Positions 54,201-63,227 of a stretch of 64,000 nucleotides of DNA are shown in pieces; position 1 is the stretch's first letter, and each line of letters starts with the position of its first letter. The translations under genes were made by a program, and so were the position numbers. This stretch comes from Octopus vulgaris (Eukaryota): positions 46,562,001 through 46,626,000 of the forward strand of contig OX597830.1 in the NCBI GenBank assembly GCA_951406725.2, in the 5' to 3' direction. The notes under the pieces are model-generated. The model worked only from the letters and a program-made list of their open reading frames with translations. It was not told where the DNA came from and did no database searches.

Positions 54201-56188
54201 GCGTGCTAACGTTTCTGCCAGCTCGCCGCCTTCTTAATATATATCTCACCCCCCGTCTCCCTCACCACAGCCTTTATCTTGCAATTCATTGCACTCTCTG
54301 CCCTACTTGTCTCAGTTCTCTGTTCAGTGCCAAAGCTCAGGAATTCAATTCCAGAATAATATCATGGCATTTATAGTGCCAGCAGCTCAAACCACCTTTG
54401 GTAGTTAAACGAGGTACACCTGGACAACTGAACAAAATTATCATTATATGATGATAATGATAGTACCATTTTTAGGGCGATGAATATTTTTTCATCTTTT
54501 GATGATATTTTTGTAAGATTTCATCATCATCATCATCATCATTTAACGCCCGCTTTCCATGCTAGCATGGGTTGGACGGTTCAACTGGGGTCTGGGGAGC
54601 CCGAAAGCTGCACCAGTCCAGTCAGATCTGGCAGTGTTTCTACAGCTGGATGCCCTTCCTAACGCCAACCACTCCGAGAGTGTAGTGGGTGATTTTATGT
54701 GCCACCGACACAGGTGCCAGATGAGGCTGGCAAACGGCCACGCTCGGATGGTGTTTTTTATGTGCCACCGACACAGGTGCCAGACGAGGCTGGCAGACGG
54801 CCACGCTCGGATGGTGTTTTTATGTGCCACCGACACAGGTGCCAGATGAGACTGGCAAAACGGCCACGATCGGATGGTGCTTGTTACGTGCCCACAGCAC
54901 GGAGGCCAGTCGATGCGGTACTGGCTACGGCCACGTTCGGATGGTTTTCTTGTGTGCCACGTGCCACCGGCACTGGTACCACAAGGATACAAATTCCATT
55001 GATGTTCATCTATTTTGATTTGTATATATATATATATATATATATATGGATATTATCTCCAATGATATATTGGAAATATGAAAACAAAATTGTAACAAAA
55101 CAGAAAATATAAATATATCATGTAAATGCTAGAGTCTTCTGAATCACTGTATACATATAAATGTGTTTCCTTTTTCCCCTCTCTCTTTCTCTCTGTCTAT
55201 CTATCTGTCTCTCTCTATATCTGTCTGTCTGTCTATTTATATGAGACATGTTCCAAATTTTGTAGTTCATTATAATATGATGACAGGATATTTCTATTAT
55301 TTCGCAGTTTGAGTGAAAACTTTGGAACACTCCAATGGTGTGTGTACATATATATATATATATATGTACACACACACATACAAGGGGCTATTGAAAAGTT
55401 CCTGGCTTTAAGGATATCGTGAAAAGCCTGGTTGGAGGCCCAACTTTCTGGAGGTCTTTTACAGGTCTTAGAAAAACTGAATGACCACTGCAATAAGTGT
55501 GTGAATCTGAGAGGGGAATATTTTGAATAAAATCACAATTAAGTGATCCTCCTGTATTTTCCTTTACCCAAAGCCAGGGACTAGCGCTCCCTAGATATAT
55601 GCACACAGGCATACATGTGTGTGTATTGAATGAGAGTGTCCACTGTTATTCTTTCTCAATTTCTAGTTTTTCTTCAGGTAATATATTAATTTTCATTTGA
55701 AAAACTATTTTTAGCCATGCTCTATAAATTACTCTTGTTTTTCTGATATATCTAATCATCTTACCTTTGAATTAAAACAAACACACACACACAACACACA
55801 CAAAGTAGCTTTGAAGTATAATGATGTGGTGTTAACGACTCAAGTTAATTTCAATGACTTGGGCAGGCCTCTAAAGGCTGCTGGTACGGCCCATTCCTCC
55901 ACACTAAACCAAGAAATGAAAATAGATAATGAAGGAAACCCCCCCCCAAAAAAAAACCCATTGATTTATGTTTAAATCTTTGCCTTGTACTTCTTCTCTG
56001 CAAGACTTGTTCCAGTTTGTGGTTGATTGTAGGAAAAGCATTGAAATGTAAAAATTAGTTTTGTAAAAAAAAAAAAAGCAAAACTGAAAATCTCATTCCT
56101 GCAAACATGGAAAGTAGATGCGTGCTGGTGTGTGTGTGGAATGCTTCAAGTGAACAAAGACCACAAGCTTGTTTTGGTTTCTGGTCAC

Positions 56189-56247
<59 letters not shown>

Positions 56248-57862
56248 ACACACAGACACACACACACACACACACACACATTGCTAGTATGAAAATCACA
56301 ACACTCTATTTCTGAATATACACAGCCTTGTCTTTAGTCAAAAGACATGTCTGTCTGCCTGTCTGTCTCTCTCTCTCTCTCTCTGTGTACAACAATCTGT
56401 CTGTGTATGCCTTGTGCATATGTTTTCACTTACCTACTTCATGTTCTTGTATTTCAGAGCCAGCAATTCTTGTCATGTACCATTCCATGCGGCCACACCC
56501 TGTTATCACAGCAACTCTTTTAGATTTTATGTGTCGGGTAATTCTTTTTCTTTCTCTCTTTGATGGTAGAGGAGGACAGAATCTTTTTTTGTCAAGAGTA
56601 AAGGTTATATATAAGTGATTGAATCAACTCCATCATAGCTATTTATTTATTTGTTTGTTTGTTTGTTTGTTTGTTTCCACTTCCAGTAGAGGAAGATAGA
56701 AGACAAAGTGTAGAGACATAACTAGAATCTGAGTTAAAATATTGCCACAGTTGGCTTTGCTTTCTGAGTTTAGTTTGGTTATTAAAATAAAAGGCAGCAA
56801 TACACAGGAGTGATTGGATCCCAAATAAAAACTTGTCATTTGCCAATAAAACAAAATAAAAAAAAATGATCACCTGGTTGTGCTTGCTTGGTTAAAAATG
56901 GTCACTAACATTGATGGTCAGTGAGACTATAAATGTTAGCAGTAAAACACTTTAGGATGACCTTGGCTATGATTTGAAAGATTTGGCTGTCCAGTATTGA
57001 TGTGAACATTGCCTTTGGTCAGGAGATATATCTCTATTGATGAGATGGCACATTCCCCATGCTGCTTGTCATGGCGACACCCATAGCCTTAAGCTTGATG
57101 ACTATGAGACTAAATGTTAGCAGTAAAACACTTTAGGATGACCTTGGCTATGATTTCAAAGATTTGGCTGTCCAGTATTGATGTGAACATTGCCTTTGGT
57201 CAGGAGATATATCTCTATTGATGAGATGGTACATTCCCCATGCTGCTTGTCATGGCGACACCCGTAGCCTTAAGCTTGATGACTATGAGACTAAATGTTA
57301 GCAGTAAAACACTTTAGGATGACCTTGGCTATGATTTGAAAGATTTGGCTGTCCAGTATTGATGTGAACATTGCCTTTGGTCAGCAGATATATCTCTATT
57401 GATGAGATGGCACATTCCCCATGCTGCTTGTCATGGCGACACCCGTAGCCTTAAGCTTGGTGACTATTGGTTGCTATTTCGTGCTGAATGGCATCCCTTG
57501 TCTGGTTCCAAGATGGTTTATTTCCACATTTGCTACCATTCTCTTATCTGCTCTCTGGGCAAGAATCCCTTCTCCCATTCTATCCTGTAAAGAAGAAATC
57601 AACAGAGATTTTTTCAATTTTGGTATAGACTTCAATTGATCCCAAATGCGTGATTGACATATTTATTTGACCAATGCTGAAAGATGACTGACGAAACAAA
57701 TGGCAGGGTTTAAACCTGGAACATGGAAGCACATAACTAAAGTTTCTTCTATCTCACTCCCTGCATCATATTTTGTTGGGTCTGCTCTATCACATGGCAT
57801 CTTGTTGGATGCTGCGCCATTTCTATCATTTCACTCTTATTGTAGTAGTAGTGGTAGTAGTA

Positions 57863-57894
<32 letters not shown>

Positions 57895-60800
57895 CCTTTC
57901 TACTAAAGGTACAAGGGCCTGAAATTTTGGTGGGAGGGGTCTAGTTGATTACATTGAACCCCAGTGTTTCACTGGTACTTCTTTTATTGACCCCTGAAAG
58001 GATGAAAGGCAAAGTGGAATTTGAACTCAGAACATAATGACAAATGAAATGTTGCTAACGATTCTGCAATTTTGCCACCTTAAAAATAATAATAATAATA
58101 ATCCTTTCTACTCTAGGCGCAAGGCCAGAAATGTTGGGGGAGGGGTGGGGGGATAATCGATTATATTGACCCCAGTACTTCACTGGTACTCCTCTTGTTT
58201 AATAATAATGAGTTGAGGACATATAGGCTGTCATTATTTTTTTTCTGTGTTGCAGGTGATGCCCAATTTTTGTCCTTCTCTCTCAGTACAAGTACGACAA
58301 GGAATCTACACTTCTTTGCGATCAATTCTTGAGAAACGGGTTCTCCAGTAAGTAGTCCTCCTCTGTTTTCACTTTGACAATAATGGTGAGCAGGGCTGTT
58401 TTAACAGTTGTTATGCCTAAGCAAGGTGTTTAATTCTTTTATAAATTGTTGATGTTTTGTCTTTTTCTTCTTTTCAGGTCTTTATCTCCTTTATTTGATA
58501 ATCCCAAATTGGATAAAGAACTCCGGGCTTTAATTAGAGAGAATTTCATTGAATTTTGTTCTCCAGATAGTAAGTCTACATTAGTTTATTAATTCATTTT
58601 TTTGTTTTCAACCAAGTTATAGAAACCCAGTGAACGGCCCTGTTACACAGATACTATGAACTGCTCTGTTACAGAGGTACAGTGAAAGGTCTTGTTATAG
58701 AGATGCAGTGAACGATACTGTTAGTAATACAGTGAATGTTACAGAGAAACAGTGAACAACTCTGTTACAGTAAAAATTTTTGCCAACATAACATGGCAGT
58801 CCTGGCTTAGGACGAACGTTGCTGTAATTTAGCCCCAGGAGACATCGTCTCCAGCTGGCTATATGACATGATCTGTGTCCTTATATTCTCGAACAAGGGA
58901 ATCTAGCACCCCCACTCAGCTCAAGACTATATAGATGCCCTTGTTCAAAAATATAAAGACACAGATCGTGTCATACAGCCAGCTGGAGACGATGTCTCCT
59001 GGGGCTAAATTACAGCAACGTTCGTCCTAAACCAGGACTGCCATGTTATGTTGGCAAACAATCTTTACCCCAAAGTACTGTTGGTGAACATCTCTCGTTG
59101 TGAGATTTACAAATAGTTATTTTCTGACCCTGTTACAGATTTATAGCAAACAGCATTTTATCCTTTATAAAAATGGTGAACAACTATGTTGTTGATGTAC
59201 ATTTAACAACTTTTCTATGGAGTTAAACTCAACAACCTTAACTATGGATTTACTCTCAGTAACTGGTTACAGAGATTTAATAAAATAAGCATTAGTGGTG
59301 TACTGCTACTTCTGCCGTCCCCTTGCTCTGAGGGCAGAAATGGGGGCTGCTGTTGACCCACTCTTCCTTCCCCACAAATTTCTACTCGTTTGTGTGTTTA
59401 ATTTTTATTATTATTAAGTTTATAGATAACGGAGTTGATGGGGATACTCTAGGACCAGATATGGGGCCAGCAGTTGTTGTTAGCATCTACACTTAGTGTC
59501 TCAGTTTAAGATGCTTAACTTTAAAATGATCTACACAGAAAAAAATGAAAAAGATTATGGAGTAAAGGTTAAGAGTAAAGTGTGGGCAAATGTTGTTTTG
59601 TTGTATGTAGTGATGTCACTTTATATTGTGAGTTCAAATCCTACCAAAACTGAGAAAATATATGCTACTAAACCATTGAAGGTCTGTTATTTTGATTACA
59701 CCTCTCCCCTATAAATTTGTAGTTGTGTCCAAAATTAGAAGGCATTATTATTATTATTTTTTTTTAAGGTGGCGAACTGGCAGAATCGTTAGCATTCTGG
59801 GCGAAACACTTACCAGTATTTCACCTGTTGCTACGTTCTAAGTTCAAATCCTGCCGAGGTAGACTTTACCTTTCATCCTTTTGGGGTCAATGTAATCGAT
59901 TAGTTCCCCTCTCCCCAAATTTCAGGCCTTGTTCATTTTGTTGAGAGGATTATTATTATTATTATTATTATTATTATTGTTCTTACCACCACCACCACCA
60001 TCATCACTTCAAATATCATTTCTGTTTAGTTGTCAAAGAAGAAGCTTCTGTGAATAAAGACCTCACTGCTGATGTTGGTGAATCTGGGAACCATATTGTG
60101 GAGATGAGCAGCTTGTCTGATGGAGTGTTTAGTGATGATGAAGATGACATTCCATTAGGTCAGTTCTTTTCTTTAATTATCATCTGCGAAAGTCATGCAA
60201 TGTTTAATGAGTGTAGTTCTCTTTCACTGCATCTGTATTAAGTTTGTCTTTATAGTGTTGTCGGTCATTTTGAATTTCTTTAGTAACTCCTGGGTAGTCT
60301 TATTGATTTTGTGTTTTGTATTTTGTTTTAAATTTAGGGAAGCTGGTTGGTGACACCAAGATAAAGCCTTTCAGAAACGGCCCCCGATTCCAGCCAATTG
60401 ATATCACTGAACACATCCAACTTCTTCAGCATGAACTGCGACAGTTGACTATTGAGCTGCAGAATGAAACGTATGTGGCTTCTTACTAAAAGTTGCTGTT
60501 TGTGTGACTTGTTGTTGTGCGACCGCTTAGCATCTCGGTCAACTTCATTTTAGTCATCTCTGTCTGTCTGTCTCTCTTTTTTTTTTTCTTCCAAAAATTG
60601 AACCTCTTCAGAGATGGTCAGAGTAACACAAAAAGAAAGATATCAAAATGAATAGTTTTGTTGGTTGTTCCCCTGGGTAACATACACAACTCTGCATGTT
60701 TTTTGCCTCATTATTGAAAAGGAATGTAAAAAGCATTAAAAAATTGAATTAAAAAATAAATCAAAAACCTAAAAGCCTACCATTGAGTGGTTTAAATTTT

Positions 60801-62415
60801 ACAAACACTTCTTTAGTTTTTTATAATTGTGGACATACTTATATATGAAGCTGCAAGTTTCAGAGCCTTGAGTTTCAGTATATATGCACAGGCATGAGGG
60901 CCGTGGGGTGCATGGCTATGTGGTTAAGCAGTTTGCTGCCCAACCACATGGTTCTAGGTTCAGTTCTACTGTGTGGCATCACAAATGTTTTCTACTACAG
61001 CCCCACATTGACCAAAGCCTTGTGAGTGGATTTGGTTGACTGAAACTGAAAAATACCTCTCATATATGTGTGTGTGTGTGAATATTGCCTGGTTTTGACA
61101 TCAGGTGATAGCTTCAGACCAGACGAGCATCACTGTCCCAAGTGGTGTCCTTAATTTCCAGTCTGTGATGTAAACATGTCTGGCCTTGGAAACAAGTATG
61201 GTTTGGCAACATGAAGGGTATCTGACCGTAGAAACTCTGCCTCCATAAATTCTGTCTGACCCATGCAGGCATAGAAAGGTGGACGTTAACTGATGATGAT
61301 GATGATGATAGGCCCAGAGCCTTGAAGACTTTTTCTCTTTTGTGCTAGTATCAAAACAAACCATTCAGGAGTCATACCATTGAAGCAATTGGTTGTAGTG
61401 TTGGGAGTAGTGGTGGTGGTATGGTTATCCTCTAACTTGGTGCTTCTCAACCCCTTTTTCACCCATGGGCCCCTTTGATTCCTTTTATACTCTGCTGGAC
61501 CCTCAGAGCCATTCAATGTGTAAAAAAATCCCTTTATACTTTTAGAATTGAATATTACAAGCAATTGTGTAAATAAATTTGTTAAAATGTTTTGTGTATT
61601 CTACAAGTATAACCAGTTTGTTTTACATAATTTTTAACAAAAAATCTTATATGCTCCCCCCCCCCCGGTCACATAGACCCCAGTTAAGAACCCTGCATTA
61701 AGAACCCCTAACCCTGCATTAGATGCTGGAGGATATATATGAGACAAAGGTGGCAGTTAATTTTTGGAAGATTTACTGGAGTCCCAAGGGTCTATAGGAG
61801 CCACGGGGCTATACAGTGTGAGATCTCTCCTATGATAAAAGAAGTGAGATGTGTAGGAAACTGTATATTTGCATACCTGTTAAACCTATGCTTGGTTAGA
61901 AAAAGCAGATACAAAGTTGATGACAACAATGATGATAATATTAAGAGTGATCAGGAATGAATTTTCAGATTTGTCTGAACCATACATAGACAGAGATGGA
62001 GGAGAGTGTCGAAAACGATTTTTCCCCCTAGATCCCTTTTGTGATGCAGTTTTATGCTTTTTTTTGTTTCTTAACCTCCCACATATTGCAGTGCCTGTGT
62101 TTATCTTTTACAGTGATCAGGAAGTCCAATGTGAAATCATTGACAAATTGGTACAACATATTCTCCGAGATGTAAGTAATGTTTTACTCTTTATGGAACT
62201 TGTTAAGTTTGATTCTGTATAAGAAGATATATTTGGATTAAGATGTCCTTTTTTAATTCTGTAGACAATTGCTGTATTCAAACATCTGTGGTTGAGTAGA
62301 CAGTTTTCCCCCAGCTTTGAATTACATTCTAAAATAATTTGGGGTTTTTAACTCTTAGAGAATATATGTAAGTGTAGCAACTGAAGGATCACTAATTGAT
62401 GATAAGGATAATATA

Positions 62416-62455
<40 letters not shown>

Positions 62456-62601
62456 TCCAGTTATTTACTGATTTATTTTTATTTTTTCCTTTTTCAGGAA
62501 GATTTTGACCAAGACATGGCATCTACACTTGCTATATGTTTGTGTCAAATCCTTGGCCATTTATTTATGAGTAATTTATTTCCACAGGAAGTAGATGAAG
62601 A
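14604..62601 (+). CDS. INTS3: Integrator complex subunit 3 (SOSS-A); 19 coding exons, about 616 aa here, 3' end outside window
   Basis: Spliced translation matches recalled INTS3 motifs ([98 protein letters not shown]). All introns are GT-AG and phases are consistent. Confidence 0.97.
17625..19680 (-). mobile_element. 5'-truncated RTE (RTE-X-like) LINE in INTS3 intron 1
   Basis: RT motifs [44 protein letters not shown]; Cys-rich finger [26 protein letters not shown]; two in-frame TAG stops; tandem-unit 3'UTR and (ATG)n tail. Confidence 0.95.
19682..20931 (-). mobile_element. Full-length mariner (DD34D) element of about 1250 bp, defective
   Basis: TIRs TTGGGTTGGCAACTAAGTT / AACTTATTTGTCAACCCAA followed by TA; transposase motifs SGRP, WVSH(WVPH), [16 protein letters not shown]. 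Confidence 0.95.
19758..20801 (-). pseudogene. Mariner transposase pseudogene
   Basis: ATG at 20801 (MECQV*KKEHFRH), internal stops, frameshift near 19920, ends YIID*. Confidence 0.9.
21394..21626 (-). mobile_element. OK-like tRNA SINE nested in an older SINE
   Basis: 19-bp TSD ggagtgtaacatcctaatc at 21375-21393 and 21634-21652. Confidence 0.9.
21907..21990 (+). CDS. INTS3: INTS3 exon 2 ([28 protein letters not shown])
   Basis: ttgcag acceptor, gtaagt donor, phase 0/0. Confidence 0.95.
22643..23407. mobile_element. Two RTE 3' fragments in opposite orientation (22643-22792 minus, 23020-23407 plus)
   Basis: Shared ccaacccatgccagcatggaaa..ggacgttaaa(ATG)n terminus. Confidence 0.8.
23575..24010 (-). 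mobile_element. Second RTE-clade LINE 3' fragment
   Basis: [14 protein letters not shown]...LAGHAHRH...WEPLHG..RRGR; (TAGA)n tail. Confidence 0.8.
24210..24293 (+). CDS. INTS3: INTS3 exon 3 ([28 protein letters not shown])
   Basis: poly-T tract + ccag acceptor, gtaaag donor. Confidence 0.95.
24488..24730 (+). mobile_element. CORE-type tRNA SINE (OR-like)
   Basis: tggcttagtggttagg A box, gagttcaattccc B box, gtgtccttcagcaagacact core. Confidence 0.75.
24850..25108. mobile_element. Penelope-like terminus as a near-perfect 187-bp palindrome plus 3' extension
   Basis: Arms 24850-24943 and 24944-25036; extension to 25108; (AT)n on both sides. Confidence 0.75.
24967..25003 (+). ncRNA. Minimal type I hammerhead ribozyme motif (mirror copy at 24883-24920 on minus)
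   Basis: ctgt-CTGATGA-acgtaacga-GAA-ACTCaGAGT-A-acag: stem I ctgt/acag, short palindromic stem III, GUA cleavage triplet. Confidence 0.7.
25387..25500 (+). CDS. INTS3: INTS3 exon 4 ([12 protein letters not shown]...VKVQ)
   Basis: ttgcag / gtaatt; YRD..LVSRDGM motif. Confidence 0.95.
25515..25861 (+). repeat. Long (CTT)n tract ending in (CTG)5
   Basis: Seen directly, starting about 15 nt after the exon 4 donor. Confidence 0.95.
26420..26910 (+). mobile_element. RTE 3'UTR fragment
   Basis: Tandem gtggcacgtaaaaagcacc units and (ATG)n tail. Confidence 0.8.
27093..27177 (+). CDS. INTS3: INTS3 exon 5 ([11 protein letters not shown]...RQIA)
   Basis: ctcag / gtcagt, phase 0/1. Confidence 0.95.
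28026..28092 (+). CDS. INTS3: INTS3 exon 6 ([23 protein letters not shown])
   Basis: ttaag / gtaaga, phase 1/2. Confidence 0.95.
28130..28550 (-). mobile_element. RTE RT fragment plus RTE 3' fragment
   Basis: [22 protein letters not shown] matches the RT at 18945-19673; terminus at 28280. Confidence 0.8.
28759..28900 (+). CDS. INTS3: INTS3 exon 7 (AWLERFP...[10 protein letters not shown]...LLRDK)
   Basis: tgtag / gtaaaa, phase 2/0. Confidence 0.95.
30301..30433 (+). CDS. INTS3: INTS3 exon 8 ([26 protein letters not shown]...FTG)
   Basis: tttcag / gtaaaa, phase 0/1. Confidence 0.96.
30741..30915 (+). repeat. Minisatellite, 7 x 25 bp (tggggacgagcgactaggctctgtc)
   Basis: Units begin every 25 bp from 30741. 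Confidence 0.95.
31683..31780 (+). CDS. INTS3: INTS3 exon 9 ([12 protein letters not shown]...[16 protein letters not shown])
   Basis: tatag / gtgatg, phase 1/0. Confidence 0.95.
32951..33065. mobile_element. Internally deleted copy of the 58768 fold-back MITE
   Basis: ttgtttgccaacataacatggcagtcctgg... / ...ccaggactgccatgttatgttggcaaacaa. Confidence 0.85.
33530..34430. mobile_element. Tail-to-tail RTE 3' fragments (33530-33930 plus, 34030-34430 minus)
   Basis: RTE terminus in both orientations. Confidence 0.75.
34655..34702 (+). CDS. INTS3: INTS3 exon 10 ([16 protein letters not shown])
   Basis: tttcag / gtactt. Confidence 0.96.
36175..36318 (+). CDS. INTS3: INTS3 exon 11 ([14 protein letters not shown]...WLLTTCT)
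   Basis: ttacag / gtaagc; followed by an intron of about 15 kb. Confidence 0.97.
37194..37656 (+). mobile_element. tRNA-headed element with a Penelope-like hammerhead 3' end and an upstream inverted arm
   Basis: Inverted arms about 37194-37350 and 37467-37626; A box 37389-37399, B box 37434-37443. Confidence 0.7.
37249..37292 (-). ncRNA. Minimal Penelope-type hammerhead ribozyme motif
   Basis: acac-CTGATGA-a-ggctg[gaaggtatat]cagcc-GAA-ACGT-T-gtgt; the plus-strand twin at 37528-37571 has GAAA>GCAA. Confidence 0.75.
38365..38571. mobile_element. piggyBac-type MITE
   Basis: TTAA|CCCTTTAGT...ACTAAAGGG|TTAA. Confidence 0.85.
38638..39020 (+). mobile_element. CORE-type tRNA SINE (OR-like); related copies near 31955 and 60888
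   Basis: ggagtggctgtatggtaagtagc head, gggttcagtcccac B box, ttggggcaagtgtctt core, gtaaaagaataaaagaa tail. Confidence 0.8.
39141..39655 (-). mobile_element. Non-autonomous Helitron
   Basis: Minus strand begins A|TC and ends with hairpin cccgggcaatgccggg, then CTAG|T; no TSD. Confidence 0.8.
40963..41365 (-). mobile_element. RTE 3' fragment with the same flanking inverted tail as the element at 5982
   Basis: ataatgacctactaactc.taccagcat.gaaaaaacagatgtaaaatgatg shared with 5982. Confidence 0.85.
41592..41770. mobile_element. hAT (Charlie-like) MITE remnant
   Basis: cagtggttgtcaacc ... gctgcagttgagaa termini; a similar element lies at 61438-61695. Confidence 0.5.
42210..42426 (-). mobile_element. 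OK-like tRNA SINE
   Basis: Same family as 1229-1450. Confidence 0.8.
44517..44748 (-). mobile_element. OK-like tRNA SINE within (AT)n
   Basis: Same family as 1229-1450. Confidence 0.85.
46957..47260 (-). mobile_element. RTE 3' fragment (further copies at 42890-43370, 47972-48110, 49130-49392)
   Basis: Near-identical to 17625-17900. Confidence 0.85.
51294..51381 (+). CDS. INTS3: INTS3 exon 12 ([29 protein letters not shown])
   Basis: tatag / gtaagt, phase 0/1. Confidence 0.96.
54011..54232 (-). mobile_element. OK-like tRNA SINE
   Basis: TSD cttaatatatat on both sides. Confidence 0.85.
54522..55020 (-). mobile_element. RTE 3'UTR fragment with expanded tandem units of about 60 bp
   Basis: tgtgccaccgacacaggtgccaga.gag.ctggca repeated. 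Confidence 0.85.
55381..55594 (+). mobile_element. Mariner-derived MITE
   Basis: TA|caaggggctattgaaaagttcctggcttt / aaagccagggact TIRs; internal transposase tail [12 protein letters not shown]. Confidence 0.7.
56458..56537 (+). CDS. INTS3: INTS3 exon 13 ([27 protein letters not shown])
   Basis: tttcag / gtaatt, phase 1/0. Confidence 0.96.
56922..57467 (+). repeat. Tandem repeat, 3 x 181 bp, near-identical
   Basis: aaatgttagcagtaaaacac recurs at 56931, 57112 and 57293. Confidence 0.95.
57893..58190 (-). mobile_element. Two OK-like SINE fragments
   Basis: gaaaggatgaaaggcaaagt...gaatttgaactcagaac; (AAT)n tails. Confidence 0.75.
58256..58347 (+). CDS. INTS3: INTS3 exon 14 ([16 protein letters not shown]...EKRVLQ)
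   Basis: ttgcag / gtaagt, phase 0/2. Confidence 0.95.
58478..58569 (+). CDS. INTS3: INTS3 exon 15 ([30 protein letters not shown])
   Basis: tttcag / gtaagt, phase 2/1. Confidence 0.96.
58768..59068. mobile_element. Fold-back MITE with arms of about 125 bp
   Basis: gtaaaaatttttgccaacataacatgg...aacaaggg / cccttgtt...ccatgttatgttggcaaacaatctttac. Confidence 0.9.
59765..59950 (+). mobile_element. OK-like tRNA SINE
   Basis: aaggtggcgaactggcagaatcgttagc head, (TTA)n tail. Confidence 0.8.
60030..60158 (+). CDS. INTS3: INTS3 exon 16 (acidic linker, ...[12 protein letters not shown])
   Basis: tttag / gtcagt, phase 1/1; FSDDE motif. Confidence 0.9.
60338..60470 (+). CDS. INTS3: INTS3 exon 17 (GKLVGDTK...[11 protein letters not shown]...LQNET)
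   Basis: tttag / gtatgt, phase 1/2. Confidence 0.92.
62114..62171 (+). CDS. INTS3: INTS3 exon 18 ([19 protein letters not shown])
   Basis: ttacag / gtaagt, phase 2/0. Confidence 0.93.
62498..62601 (+). CDS. INTS3: INTS3 exon 19 ([19 protein letters not shown]...PQEVDEE)
   Basis: tttcag / gtaagt, phase 0/2. Confidence 0.93.
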
Positions 62602-62642
62602 GTAAGTAACAAATTACTTCTACTCTAGAAACTTTAATTAAT

Positions 62643-62856
62643 TTAAATTCAAATTACGATGAAAGTAAACGAACAAACGAAGTTTGCTTTAGAAGCGTTG
62701 AGATGTCTTAAAAGTTGAATGATTTTTAAAAATTCTCAAATGCAGGATAATCCTAATAATATAACCTGAATAGAATATTTTGCAGAATTTTTGAAGACAT
62801 CTCAACGCTTCTGAAGCAAACTTTGTTTGTTTACATTCATCGTAATCTGAATTTAA
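62643..62856. repeat. Inverted repeat (arms of about 72 bp), MITE-like
   Basis: ttaaattcaaattacgatgaa...gaagcgttgagatgtctt / aagacatctcaacgcttc...ttcatcgtaatctgaatttaa. Confidence 0.8.
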
Positions 62857-63227
62857 TGTATGATAGCGCCTCATAAAGCGAGATTTTTATATATCTTAAA
62901 TTTGCAGAAGAATTTGTGGTGAGGGCTTAAAGGTCAGAGCACTGCGAAACGTAATCATGGGGATGTGAGTTTGAGTCTCATAGCTGGCCACCAACTCTAA
63001 TTAATTTATTTGCTCCAAAACTGGTTTCAGAGTGAGGGTGCAAGCTCCATGCCCTTTATAATTTTAATAAGAAAACCTTATTGAATATGACAGTATGAAA
63101 TGAATTTTCTTTGTTCAGGAATTGGTTAAAGTTTTAACAATTTCTTTATGCTAGTATTATAATTGCTAGATTAGCAGAATCTTTGTGAGCAGCAGACAAA
63201 ATGTCTTGCAATATTTGGTTAAAGACC

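Noticed and set aside
59426-59496. Possible alternative INTS3 exon ([23 protein letters not shown]) in frame with exon 15
   Set aside because: No phase-1 donor to rejoin exon 16, weak acceptor, and a short open frame is expected by chance.
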